DNA of 63,280 nucleotides, filler included, from Lenisia limosa (Eukaryota; Protista; Breviatea), in assembly GCA_001655205.1 (NCBI GenBank). It is 6 parts of 6 records of this genome, joined end to end, with 100 filler letters (N's around TTAATTAATTAA, not from the genome) between each part and the next. Parts side by side here need not be neighbours in the genome. Positions count along the whole stretch, not along the records: positions 7,919 to 21,220 come from LPNZ01004098.1; positions 21,321 to 31,489 come from LPNZ01010121.1; 4 more parts are not named here. One strand, given 5' to 3'. This document shows, one piece after another, positions 14,703 to 28,500 of the stretch; the first letter of the stretch is position 1, and every line of letters starts with the position of its first letter. Position numbers and translations under genes: made by a program. Below the pieces are notes generated by a model that was not told the DNA's origin, searched no databases, and saw nothing but the letters and a program-made list of their open reading frames with translations.

Positions 14703-17700
14703 ATGTCTTCCCCGTCTCCAGAGCCCACCATTGAGGTGGCAAATAAGCCTATTAAATGGTAGGACTGTGAAAGAAAGCCATTGATTGAACTTACTAATGA
14801 CAGGTACCATGACAAGATGTCACGCGATATCGCATGTATGTTCACAATGGTAAGCCGCTTCTTTTACTTAGCTTAATCCGTGTCTTTTTTATTATGTGTT
14901 TGCATACAGGGTTAATTAGTCCGATGAAGTCCCAAACTGTCTGACAATGATTGCGATCGCGTCTAATAAATCCTCCGTTTCCGACGGCTTATCTCTCTAG
15001 GTCTTCATCTTCATGTGGATCGAAATCATTTGTGGCTACATGTAAGCAAAACAACAACTTTGATTTCGACACATTCCGTTATTGTACGAAAACTTCTCAC
15101 CAATATAGGTTTGGTGCCCTGTCTCTTGTGGTATGTGCGGAACCACTGTGCAGCTGTTGTTTGTCGCTCTACGGACTATGTCTTTGTCAACAATCTTTCC
15201 TTATTATTTTTTTTCAAATATCAAATTTCTAGTGTTGCCACTTCACCATCAAATAAATGAGAAACGTTCCTTGACATCAGGATCTTCCGCAATGGCCACG
15301 GCCGCTTTAGGCTTAATGATGTAGGCCGACGGATTCCACATGGCTAGTGATGCTGCTGCCTTGGCTGTGGGATTCCTTGCCAGGTCCCTTAGTCGCAAGG
15401 ATGCTTCCGATAAGATGTCTTTCGGATGGGTTCGTGCTGAAGTTTTGGTGGGGGAGGAGTCTTGGGGTATGACTGTCGACAGAGAAGACATTGGCCACTA
15501 ACTTGCATAGGGAGGCTTTGCTAATGGAGTGTTCATGATTGCTGTTGTGATCTTCATTCTTCAAGCAACTATCGAGAAAATTATTGACCTTCCTGGTAAG
15601 CATGTCTGTCATGGGTATTGTTTCTAAATTATACATTCCCACTTCGGCCCGTTACAAACTTTTCAATAGCGTAGGAGCGCTGTCAAACCATTCGCCCCTC
15701 CTCATCTAAATTTCCTTCGTTGTATTCATCACCCCCCAGGCATTAGAGACCCCATGGGAGTTATTGTTGTCGGAGGTATCGGCCTCCTCATGAACATCCT
15801 TGGCCTCTTTATGTTCTCAGGTTGGTTTTATACTTCTTCATAATTCATCTACATCAACCTGCTGTTTTTTCGTGATCTTCACCCCACCCCCATGTTCTCT
15901 ATTATGCTGTGGCTAGATGGACAAGTGTATAGATGAATGATATCCCTCTTACCTTGAAGGAGCCGGCCACGGACACTCTCATGGCGGCCACGACCACGGA
16001 CATGGCCACGAGGTGGGCTATAAATATTGTTTTTCATAGACCTTGTTTTGTGTGTTTTTGTCTGATAGCTCTGATAAGGAACTCATCTGCACAACATCGT
16101 TGTGGTCCTCTTTTTTGAGCCAATGCTTTGCCGCATCTTTGCCTTTACCCGCTTAGAAACATGATCACGACCACGACCATGATCATGACCACGACCACGA
16201 CCATGATCATGACCATGATCATGACAACGACCATAACCATGGCCATGGAGGACACGTGAGGGAGCGGGCTTGTTTATGTTTTTTCGGTTTTCTCTTTGTA
16301 TTGGGTTACTCATTTGCCTTGATACCTTTCTTTTAACTCCATAGAACCACGAGAACATGAACATTAAGGGAATTTTCATCCATGTTCTTGGTGATGCTCT
16401 TGGCTCAGTCGCTGTCATGGCTGCTGGTGGGAAGAGGTTACACATAAATTTTTATGACATTTCACATTGAGCCATTCAGAATATTGCTCCGGCCATGTTT
16501 TCTGTTTTGTTTTGTTTTTTTACTTCATTGCAACTTGAGTCTTACCTGCAACAGGCCTCTGTACGCTTCTCTTTGACGAGCCTTGGGTTGACTACGTGGA
16601 CCCCTGCGCCACCGGCCTAATTGCTCTCATCATCCTCCACGGCACCATCCCTCTTGGTATGCCAGGGAGGTGAAAGGAATTGTTGAAAATCCGGTTTGGA
16701 ATGAATCGAAATGCAGTCTATTTTATATTAGTCGTGTTTATGGACTGCAACTGTTATTTTCTTTTCTTACAACTTAGTGAAACAGTCTGGCATGATTCTC
16801 CTCCAATCCACTCCTCCCTTCATCAATATCACTACTCTCCAGTAAGTTAACTTTTTAGTCCTTTTTTTAGTCGATTTCACAAACTACACACCATTGCTCT
16901 TGTGCAGTTAACAAGTTCAGAGAGCAAATCAGTGCTGTTCCCGGTGTTCTTGGTGTCCATCATCTCCATGTCTGGCAGGTCAGCTGAGATGACAAAGCTT
17001 CATTGGATTTTTCTTTTTAAAACATGTTTTTTTTTTTTTTTTAGGTATTTTCGAGCTATATCTCACCTTCCAGTTAATTAACGCCCGTATCATTGCATCT
17101 GTCCATGTTGTTTGCAGTGTAAGAAGGAATAACTTTGTTCGTAAATTCGCCTGTCTGTTTGTTATTCGATTAAATCATGCTGTCACGTCGACAAAAGATT
17201 TCTGATTGATCCAGTCCGATACTCTCAACTTTATGAAGACTGCTGCTGTAGTCAAACGAGTCATGCATGATAATGGTTTGTGGGGTATCAAAGGAATTTT
17301 CCGGGTGACATTAATCATTGCGATACGGCACTAACTGCAGCACAATCTGACAACCAGGTGTCCACAGCACCACGGTGCAGCCAGAATTTGTTGATCCTCT
17401 CCAACTTGACTCTGTGAGAGGGTCGATTGTTTACTATGTTTAGTGTATTTGACATTACTTAATGGAGTAATATGAAGTGGAATAGAAATTACCACCCCCG
17501 CCCCCGACAGGNNNNNNNNNNNNNNNNNNNNNNNNNNNNNNNNNNNNNNNNNNNNNNNNNNNNNNNNNNNNNNNNNNNNNNNNNNNNNNNNNNNNNNNNN
17601 NNNNNNNNNNNNNNNNNNNNNNNNNNNNNNNNNNNNNNNNNNNNNNNNNNNNNNNNNNNNNNNNNNNNNNNNNNNGAACTGACACTCAATGTTGCCAGGA

Positions 17701-17987
17701 TGAGGTTGGTGGTTACCTATCTTTTCGTTCGCTCCTAACAGCACAGAACCTTGAAAAGCAGAATCTTCTTCAAGATGTCTCCCCTGTTTCCCCTGAGGGC
17801 CATAGTTGTTGCGCCCATGATGAGGTAAGAGGAACAAGGTCTATCAAAGTCAAAACACCATTTCTTTTCGTATTTCATATTGGCATTCTTTTTTTTTTCT
17901 TTTCTGAGACCATCTCCTTTCATTTGCTCGTCACTGACACTTTAGGTGAGTGTTGTGGTAGTGGAGGATGATGTGCCATCAATGTAA
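14703..17987 (+). CDS. CDF/SLC30 zinc transporter (ZnT1/Zrc1/Cot1-like) with long His-rich loop
   Basis: ADGFHMASD (TM2 HxxxD), [11 protein letters not shown], His-rich loop, [18 protein letters not shown] (TM5 HxxxD), [19 protein letters not shown]. Confidence 0.93.
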
Positions 17988-18849
17988 TTCTAAGTGTAAG
18001 CGTATTATGTCACAACTTGAACAGGAAAATGTATTTCTAAATATCTCAATTTGAATCTTTTTGAAACAATATATAATTGTAAAAAATGGATTGTCACCCT
18101 GATACTAGCACCTCCTGGACAAAGAAAATGTCAAAATTTGAAGGAATGGGCGGGGTATTCATTCTCGGCTATAGAGGTTAAAGTAAGAGTGAACAAATAT
18201 AAAACGAATCTATGGATACAGAAATAATGAGAGAAATTTGGAAAAGTAAAATCAGCCTACAAAAGTTTGCTCCTCAGATGTCTCAGCTGAACAATCAATA
18301 TCCACACTTGGTAGAAGCAAATCAAGGCCAATTTCACGGCATAAACTACAGTGTTAACAGTATGTCTGCTGCTAATTATATACCAATTTGTTTTTGGGTT
18401 GGCTTCGTGAATAGCACCCCCCCCCCTACAAATCCTTTGTTGACATGACATAACACCACTTGTGATGCACGTCCGCGAAACCAAGCTGAAAGTAAGTGGG
18501 AAAAGTTTGTATGAATTTTTAAATAGAACATAGTCTGCACATTATACAAACATTTTCCATGCTCAATGACATTTAACTAAATTCAAGACTAAACATTCAC
18601 TTACAAAAGCAGCAGATAACGTTGACGCCAATAAGTTGGGGAAACACGTATAGAACCAGTCGTTACAGGCATCATGTACCGAGTCCGCTGTGATAACTAC
18701 CTGGTTGTGTAAAAAGCAACACAATATTAGAATCCTTAGTGTAGAAAGATATTCATCACCAACCCCTTGGTCCAAGCCAGCTGTCAATAGAACAGACGCT
18801 GTAGATACCCACTGCCGGCACTCATACGAACAAATGGAACCTGAAAGGT

Positions 18850-21080
18850 CAATTCTTACCAATCATGATAAATGAATGCGAATTGTTATTTGGAAGCATA
18901 CCAAGGACGACCAGTGCATCTTTTGCCTTATTTACTTCATTCTGCTGGAGAAACTGCTGGATCTCGAGCTTTTTTGAAAATAACAAAGTAATACTACAGT
19001 AGTTTTGGCTCAAATATTCCGACAAAAAAGACACTACAACAATACTTTATGACAAGATAGTATAAAGCAAACCAACATACTGCTTTGAGAGCGAAAAAGC
19101 CTTCCGATTGGTTAAAAGGGGTAGAACCTTGGATCATTGAGAGGCGATGGCATGCGTCTAACAGTCGGCCACCTTCAATGTCCTCAAACGCCTTACTAGA
19201 GCCGTTAGTCTCATGTTTAATCTACTATCTTCCAACTGTTTGAATGTCATGATGTCCACGTATTGCATTGTGTTTAGTTCGGAAATATCGAAGACGCCGC
19301 GTGTAATCACGTGCCTACTGTGTAAAGTTTCCGATGTATGTAGAATTGGGAGGAAATTGTTACTTTAAGAATCAAGTATTAAATTTTTGTTTTTGAGATT
19401 ATTTGTCTAAAAGTGTGAGTCAAACTCACTCAATGCATAATCTCAGAACAGCGGTTTCCCGGTAGGTGATATGGTTTATCTCTGTTTGGAGTGCCTGTGA
19501 TACTTAGAAAGGAGTGAAACCTTGATAGTGACAATCACAAGTACCTTTTTGACAATACCCTTGTGAGAATGAATCATTTGCTTTGCGTGGTTAAATGACT
19601 TCCCTGTCAGCTACATACAATTAATCAACCGGAATCTCGTATTCTTGTGTGTATTCATGCCATGTAGATCCCTCAACCTTAGCAAGGCAGTTGGCTGAAT
19701 TGATAGAAATGTGGTCATCATCTGGTGAGTGCGGGTTCAGCTGCTCTGATGACTTGACTTTTGTGTTCCATGGGTATATCTCCTTGGAAGTGATTTTCTA
19801 ATGCGTGCATATGCTACAATAAGGTATAATTTACATGACCATCTGGCCTATGTATATATCTTTTATCAAACCTTGGTTAGTTGTTGAGTAGCTGGAGGGA
19901 GTTCGAAACTACGCAGGTGGGTTGAAGTTTGCTCCGAGACCAATAGCAGATATCGTAGGCAGTCATCCAGTTGAAGGCATTCATACTCCTACTAATGTTA
20001 ACTTATCGTCTTGACTGTGGATAAGTTGAAGACAAAACACCAGATACTTAACAAAAGCAGATTTAAGAAGTAAAATAGCTCAATGATACAAGGAATACGT
20101 ACTTTGTACTTTAATTTGATCAAAGAGTACAAGTGATTCTCAAGGACATGGGTTGATAGCTTCGCATTGTCCCCTAAATACATCATAAAAAAACTCTTAT
20201 TATTCTCTCAATAATTCTACATTCTTTTTCAAATTGTTGGGCATACTCATTCATAACTAATTAAACAACAAATAACCCCACCTACTCATGGTTTGCGGGG
20301 AAACGTCAAGAAAGAACACCTGAAGAGCCTGCTCAAAGCTTTTCCTCACTATGAATTACATAAATAAGTACGATTGCTTTTTGCTCAAAACCCCTTTTCT
20401 TTTTACCCACCAGTGGCTGACGATGACCTCAACATTCGTGGTGCATAGACATTCCTCATATACTCAAGTCCCTTCGGTACACTAAAAATAACCCAACGCT
20501 CTCTCTTACCCAAGGGAAATGGATTTTTGATAGAAAATGAGATTGGAAACATCACAAAGAATGTCAGAGTTCTAAAATAGTAAAATACTAACGGGTCCCT
20601 ACTGATTGGATCTCTGGAAGTATATTAATCAAAGTAGACTCAATAGCGTCGTGTGGTTTTTCTTTGACAATATATGAGATTGTAGCAAATGATGCTTCTA
20701 TTTCAAGTCGCTTCTTTTCCTTTTCACTATAACGTCACAAAGACACACTAGCATGTTCATCTTAAGAGATTACACAACCACAAATTAAACTCCAAAAAAA
20801 GAAAAGAATCATATTTTAAAAAATTGCTTTGGGGGAGCATCTCATATTATTCCAACATACATAATTGCTGCAGAATCTTTACATCGCGAATGTAGCACTT
20901 TCTCGCAAATAATCCCATAGTGGAAGAGATACTCAGCCACCATACCATCTGAAACTTAACACTGAAAGAGTACAAAAATAATCTGTTGAGCAACTTACCA
21001 AGAACTTCTATGTCGATAGATGGAGTGTATGGGTTCATGGGTGGTCTCATTGATGTTCTATATCGCCCGCGGATCTAAAC
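18850..21080 (-). CDS. Unidentified multi-exon protein, partial
   Basis: Several in-frame GT-AG exons (IRGRYRTSMRPPMNPYTPSIDIEVL; GMVAEYLFHYGIICEKVLH; IVPKGLEYMRNVYAPRML; VRKSFEQALQVFF; YECLQLDDCLRYLLLV); family not recognised, ends approximate. Confidence 0.45.
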
Positions 21081-21320
21081 CAATGATTACTTCTTCTGAA
21101 ACAAACACATGAAGTATACAACATCAGCATGAACTCCCAACACCCACATTTCCTGATGGTGGTCCGACATTTAGAAGAAAGCTGCCTTCCATCTATCCTT
21201 CATTGGCCACACGACAATGCNNNNNNNNNNNNNNNNNNNNNNNNNNNNNNNNNNNNNNNNNNNNTTAATTAATTAANNNNNNNNNNNNNNNNNNNNNNNN
21301 NNNNNNNNNNNNNNNNNNNN

Positions 21321-22082
21321 TTGGCGGCTTCACGTTGCTGCTTCTTCTCAGCTACATAGAGTAAGCGCAGTAAAGAAGAAAGAGAAACATAAGCGTAGAG
21401 AAGAAATAGAATAAATAAGCTGAAAGATAAACACAATTCAATAAGAAGTAGACAAAGAGTAAACTCAAATACCAAAACAATATCAATATGTAGGAAGAAG
21501 AAAATACAGAAAAGATAAGCGGGTGATTCTGAGCTATCATTATCACTTGTATGCTCCCAGTACTCATAACAGAGGAGAATAGACTTTCATACCTCTGTTG
21601 ATAACCTCCTGTTGTGCGATATCGATAATCTGAAAAAGTGAAAACTCCAAAATAGAGTTTAAAGACCTCAGAATATGCAAAAGGTGAAAGCGAAATGGCC
21701 TCAAGCTCCGCCAACATTATCAGGAATACGAATGTACTTGATAGAGGGTCCACGAATCGTAGCTTCAGGAAGATGGAAGAATCTGTCTCCGTCCTAAAAG
21801 CGTTACTTTATTCTAAAATTGGATGTGTTGGGGTGAAAGAAGGAAGACGCGCGTACTTTCGAGGTCAAAACAACTTCACGTAACGCGACGTTCATCATAA
21901 AGTCACACGATACAAGATGACCGTTGTAAGTCTCACCACTTTTAAGCTCAACAAGCTGAATAAAGTTAGTGTGTTTTCAAATAATAAAAAAACTGACCAT
22001 GGGATGACCTTGAGCGGTTCTTAACAGTGATAGAGGCAACTAAAATGTTAATACACGATCTTCAAAACAGGAAGCAAACCAT
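21321..22082 (-). CDS. LSM4: U6 snRNA-associated Sm-like protein LSm4 (3' end cut by spacer)
   Basis: M|[14 protein letters not shown]|[33 protein letters not shown]|[26 protein letters not shown]|IIDI closely matches LSm4. Confidence 0.95.
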
Positions 22083-22368
22083 TTTGGGCTATCAAAAGGT
22101 GACTTCTAATAAAACTACTGCTTACTATCTGCTGTCTCGCTCAAAATTAAAGACGTATATATAAAAATCAACAATAGAACCACAGAAAGGCGTCTTTTTT
22201 CGCCAAAAATAAGCTATAAATGGAACGCGGTCGCCGTAAATTGCCATCCTCAAAAAAAGTCCAAAAGGGCCCTTTTTATGAGTAGATAGCTTAGTGTAGT
22301 GTGTATTTTTTTATTTTAAGGACAAGCTTCGTGACAAGGTTGCAGTTTCTCCCAACTTCTTCACAAAA

Positions 22369-25016
22369 ATGCCTGGCGATCCCGATAGGTGGATCAGTCA
22401 ACTCAAAGAATGCAAATACCTCCCTGAAGAAGAGATGAGCCAGCTTTGTGAAACTGTGAGCGATGTTTTTTGTAGTTCTTTGCCATGAGGGACCTTCTAA
22501 TTGATTTTAGGTGGTGGATATTCTTCTTGAAGAGTCAACAGTACACCCAGTTCAGTCCCCAGTCACGGTTTGTCACTCTTTCCTTTTGTCTTCACCACCT
22601 TTCTGACTTTTGTTTAGATTTGTGGTGATATTCATGGTCAATTTTATGATTTAATGGAGCTGTTCCGTGTTGGAGGAGACCTCCCGGACACAAACTACAT
22701 TTTCATGGTGGGATTGTGATCACAATCTTTCTTCCTTGTTTTCATGATTGACAATCGCAGGGTGACTTTGTGGATCGCGGTTACTACTCCTTGGAAACCT
22801 TTTCTCTTCTCATGGCTTATAAGGCCAGGTGAGTGGGATATAAAAGATGGATTATATTTCTGTGTTATGATGTTTGTGTCATTAGTTCTGACAACGCAGA
22901 TACCCCACTCGTATTACCCTTTTACGAGGTAATCACGAAACCAGACAAATCACTCAGATGTAAGCAGAATGTTGTCTTTTTTTGCTTTTCTTCATATGTT
23001 TTTTTTTTGCTTTTCATTACAAACGCCTCTTCCGGCCCTTTGCTACTGTGTTTATGATTTTCTCACACCCTAGCTACGGTTTTTATGACGAATGTTTGCG
23101 CAAATATGGCAACGCCAACTGCTGGCGCTACTGCACCATGGTGTTTGACATGCTCAACCTTGCAGCTGTATGTTGGGCAAGATTGGCATCAAACCGAGTT
23201 GAATAGAGAAGTTTTCCATTTCCCGCATTCCCTCCCTCACCGTAACCATAGCCTACTCTCTTTCGTGATACCCACCACACAGCCATCTACACCTCCATAG
23301 ATCCATTATACACCCCACGTATTAACCACTCAAGGTGGTTGATGGTCGTGTCTTCTGCGTTCATGGAGGTCTCTCTCCAGGTATGTCCGATATGGCATGG
23401 AAATTTAGCCCCACATTCCCCACAAGGACTGGAATAACAGTCTTCTTCCCTTTTATCCTCTAATATCACCCCTTATTACCGTATTAACACCACAGAAATC
23501 AAAACACTGGACCAGATCCGGACCCTGACGCGCAACATTGAAGTGCCGAGCGAGGGCGCCTTCAGTGATCTCATGTGGAGTGACCCCGAGGACACCGCCG
23601 GCCTAACCGGATGGGCGTCGTCGCCTCGTGGCGCTGGCTGGCTCTTCGGCTCCGCCGTCACTGCCGATGTGGGTGCCGGCTTGGTTATATTGTTATGATA
23701 ACTTGTTTGTATTGTTATGATAGCTTGTTTTGCATTGTTGCGATAGGATAGCTTGTTTTAGCTTGTTTACATTGTTATGATAGCTTATTTGCCTTGTTGT
23801 GATTGATTTGTTTGGAGATTTTTCTTAGCTCAATAAAAATCACAAGTTATCAATGTGTCTGTTTTTTTTGGGAACGCAGGGATTACAATAATTAACGATG
23901 GTGCGTAAGGATTTGCTTCTTTGTTGCAATCAGTTATCACCTCTACAGTTCCTCCGTGTCAATGATCTGGAGCTCATTTGCAGAGCGCATCAGCTGGTTC
24001 TGAAGGGCTATCATTACAAGTGCGCTGAGGGCTTTTTTACTGTCATTCTTTTCTTTTCCTTTCTTGTTTTTTTTTGTGTGTGTGTGAACCCTTGTTCTAT
24101 TCTTTGCTAATTGAGTTGTAATCTTATTTTATCGATACTTATTGGTGGTAATTTTGTTTGATGAATAGTCCCCCCCCCCCTCGGTTACGTCAAATTTAAG
24201 CCAAGAGCGTTTCGACAATACCCCTCACCCCTCTCCAGCGACTGGTCTTTGTTTATTTTGTTTTTGAAAAGCCAAAAGAGTTGATTTTGGGCTTATTGTT
24301 TCATTAGTTTTCCATTTTTACACTTAATTTTGGGCTTTTGTTCATAAATTTTCCATTTACCCCCCCCCCCCACCACCGCCGTTGTAGTTACATTTCAGAT
24401 TTGATGAGNNNNNNNNNNNNNNNNNNNNNNNNNNNNNNNNNNNNNNNNNNNNNNNNNNNNNNNNNNNNNNNNNNNNNNGAACCCTCGATAAATATCAATA
24501 TAGTGCCGCATTTGTGGTTCCTACAGTATTGGATTTCGTGTTCTCTCTCGTGTTTTCTTGCATCCGATTTGTTTGCTGAGTAGGGCCTCACTTCGATACC
24601 AACAATTGAATTTCTCAGTAAATAAGATATCGATATTTCACTGGTCTTTTTTGGTCCAAAAGTGAAGCCCAAATGCTGAGCGCCATTGTTCTGTCTTTTT
24701 TGGCCTCGAATATGTCCTTTTCTATTAGTTGGCACCAACACTCAATATATTGCGGCGTTATATTCAGCACACAGATCCTTATTGCAAACAAATATCGGCT
24801 TCTTTCTATTAGAGCTTTTGGTTCCAAACAAGACTGAATTCCTAATAATTTACATTCATGTCGTTCTGACCCTTCCCTTCAGGCTGCGGCAACCCAGCAG
24901 CTATCCTGACTCTCAATGGTAACCTCGATCGTGACTTCAAGATCTTCAACGCCGTGCCGGATGAGGATCGCGTCATCCCCCAGCAGCTCAATAACCCCTT
25001 CGATCACTTCATGTAA
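22369..25016 (+). CDS. PPP6C: Serine/threonine protein phosphatase 6 catalytic subunit (PPP6C/Sit4)
   Basis: [23 protein letters not shown]|[50 protein letters not shown]; GYYSLETF and YGNAN favour PP6 over PP2A/PP4. One exon lies partly in the gap at 24409-24478. Confidence 0.92.
23690..23810. repeat. Degenerate repeat of about 22 bp in a PP6 intron
   Basis: TTGTTATGATAGCTTGTTT-like units. Confidence 0.75.
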
Positions 25017-25564
25017 TCACCCCAGGTGGGCTCGTGTGATTAAACAGATAAACCCTCGATTCATCTCGATTGTCTTCTTTGGCCATAGTCAAGTCCTAAT
25101 TTATCATCCTTGAGTGCTCCAGTCTTGTAATTGTTTTAGGTTGTTTGCTTCTTCTACATCTATTATTTTCTTGTCACCTCTTTTCATCCAAATCTGCTTC
25201 GTGTATTGGATACAGATTTATTTATTTGTACAAAGGGAGTTGGCCCCACGCATTTCTAATGCCTCAAAGCATACATCACAAAACCAATACTGTGTCAGGG
25301 TCAGTGGTGGGGGTGTCAGCAAGGTGTCAGTAATTCAGTATGTTGGTTTTATTTAAGAAGTTAAGGGCCCATCAGTCGCAAATCATCCAATCATTGAGGT
25401 GCCAATCAAATAATCAACTGAAACAACCAACATTTCCGCCCACAGCCCTCCGCCCCGTGATCGCCCCTTTATCAAGAAAATCAAGAATTATTTTCTGAAC
25501 GAATCCTCTTGGTATTTAATAGAGCCATTGAAGATATCTTTGCTTTTAAAACAGTAAACAATTG

Positions 25565-28500
25565 ATGGAAGCACTAGAAGACGACTGGGCTCACATTAAC
25601 GACGGAATCGGAGAAGTGAGTGGTCTTCTTGCCACCTCCTGCGTTAAAATATACTTGTATAGGACTAAACCGCCCGTATCTTTCAACATTTGTTTGTGAA
25701 TATGTCTTTTTTTACCTTCCTTTTTCTATCAATTGATCCTGACAAGGCAAAGCTTCCCATGCTGATTAACAGACTTAAAAATATTCTATCAATTATATTT
25801 CATCCCATTCAACATCAGTCCAATTGTATAAGCTCGGGGTAATTAGGATTCGGCTTACTCACAACATCACCTCCTTTTTCATCCGACTCCAAATCCATGA
25901 TGATACTGCCATTCCAACATAAGCTCATTGCCTAGGACGAGTACCATACCTTTGACGATCTCCGCGAAGAGTGTTGTGAGGAGGAAGCAGACGACTTCGC
26001 TTTTTCCCTCTTCGATAGTGCCCCCTGCGCCCCAGCCGCTCCCTCACCAACAAGCAGCAAATCGTCTTCCAAGCTCTCCCATAAACAAAGGGTGAGCAAA
26101 ACTGAATAGAAACCCGATTTTTTATGTGCTATATATTTGGTCCGGTTCAAGACCGTTAGACTGGTTGAATTGGTCTTGTTCGGGCAGATATCTGAGTATC
26201 GGCCTATTTGAAGATACAAAGCATAAAATAACGGACCAGCTAACCTGACAATCACCAATCAGTTGTGTCTGGGCGAAGGGCTATCAAAATGTCAATAACC
26301 CCTTGCCCGGCCGGTCCAACCAATCATCAGCACATTACATCTTTAGAAGTCCAAGAAGAAGAAAGAACTTGCAGCAACGCCTTCACCCTGCCCAAAGCCG
26401 TCACCTTCACCAGTATCAAGTAGCTGCTTCGCTGAGGCCGAAAAGGTTTCAATGTGGGGGGGGGGGACCATCACANNNNNNNNNNNNNNNNNNNNNNNNN
26501 NNNNNNNNNNNNNNNNNNNNNNNNNNNNNNNNNNNNNACATGGTGGTAGAAGACCCTGTTCAGCATTTTGTTGTTTCCGAACCCTGACGTACCCCAGGAC
26601 TATCAAGAGCAAAGTTGGGCAGAGGGGCCTCTGTGTCATCCGCCTCTCCCCACTGACTTATGTCCATAAGCTCAATATCAACACCAATGTCACCTGTAAG
26701 CTTGTTTCCTTTTCCTAGGCACTTCCATTGAAACACTGGCTCATTTTTTAGCTGTTGTTGCTGGCCCCCAGTCCTTCACTCTCCTTGACCATGAAATGGT
26801 ATGATGAATGATTCTCCCTAGAATTATGCTATCCACTATTGATATATATAACAATGAGATAAAAAATAAGGTTGTATCTGGCGAAAGATAGTAACAACAT
26901 GTATAGCATATATGAATCATATGACTATCAAAAAATAATCGGATGTTCCCGACGTTGTGACAAGAAAACTGGTGATATTCATGGTTATAAAACTGGTGAT
27001 ATTTTTGATACTCGTAGATCACGGTGGGACCCGAGGAGATGGTTACTGTTCCGCCTCTCTACTACGCCAAAATAAAAAATCCCGCGAGTATGCAAGGCTG
27101 AATAATTATTGTTGAGTCAAGACAATACCAGTCATCATATGCGGCCGTTCAAAATTCGGATTTTTTTCGCTAATTCTGGTTTTCTCAAGTAAATCTGCTG
27201 TTTATCTCTTTTTTTGACGACATTCACCCTTTTTGAGAAAACCAAGACTAAAATAGGTATATATATTGTATTTATTTCCCAAATTAGAAGTAAAATGATC
27301 TTGACTTTGGTTACCCTTCATTTTAGGGGTGATTTGTTCTACTTAAATTCTGTCAAAGTACAATATATAGGATGCATAGAGCTCACTAAGAAGCCCAAAT
27401 TTTAAACTTTGAATAACTTTTGACGCCTATTTATTGATTAATAGGGATTCTTAGGAAATATACTTGATAATAATAACATAAAATACTCTAATTCAAATCA
27501 TTAGCGAGAAAAAACCAGAATTAGTGAAAAAGCCAGAATTTTGAACGGCCGCATATGGGCTCATTCTCTCACCATCTCAATTGTACAAAAAACAAAATGA
27601 TTAATGTGATGAGTAGTAATTGTTCAGACATTAAGATTATCGACGGACATGTTGAGGCCGAAGTCGACAAGGCTGACCAGGTAAGCCGATCCCCTGTACT
27701 GTAATAATATGAACAAGATCCCCTTTTGCTTTGTTCCCTTGCTTCACCTTGAAGGTGGTTATCCGCCATGGAGATGTCGAGGTTCGCTCTGACCTCCCGC
27801 CCTTCCCCTTATTCCCGGTAAGTGTTCAAGCTTCAGCTAAAACAAATACTGCGTATTGTGCTCACTGGTATTCATTGAGATATGTACGATGTTTTGGGCT
27901 TCCTATGGTTCGGAAAAGACTGTGCTTATATTTTTCCATATCGATATATCATATACGTATATCATTTTCATGTGATATATATGTATTACCTATTACTTAT
28001 ATATAGCTATATTATTATATAGTATACTAGATAGTATATTTATCAAGGGGTTTCGAGGTCATTAGATACTATAATCCAATATTTCTTTGAGCGTGATGGT
28101 GTGGACCATATTGGCCAGATCCTCTGATCTCTACATATAATGGGCTTTTCTGCGAAAAGGATTAGTTCAACCGGAGCTCACCACCTCTAGGGCGAGATTC
28201 TGGTGGAGAAGCCGCAACCTATCAAGATTGTTGAGGTCAATACGGCTCTATGCCTCCGCGCCCATGAGGAAGGCCGTTATATTACTAAACCAAGTGGGGG
28301 ATTTACGTCACTATGGGGGGGGGGGGANNNNNNNNNNNNNNNNNNNNNNNNNNNNNNNNNNNNNNNNNNNNNNNNNNNNNNNNNNNNNNNNNNNNNNNNC
28401 TGAAGCAAGTCTCCTAGTGATAGACTTGATCGGGGCAGGGAGGTCTTGAGTTTGTTTGATTTCATATTTGTCACGCTATCTCGTGGTATGCTCTTTCTGA

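Noticed and set aside
27077-28276. Possible GC donors in the MVP-like gene (CCC|GCGAGT; GAAG|GCCGTT)
   Set aside because: GT donors a few nt downstream give the correct phase and a plausible alignment.
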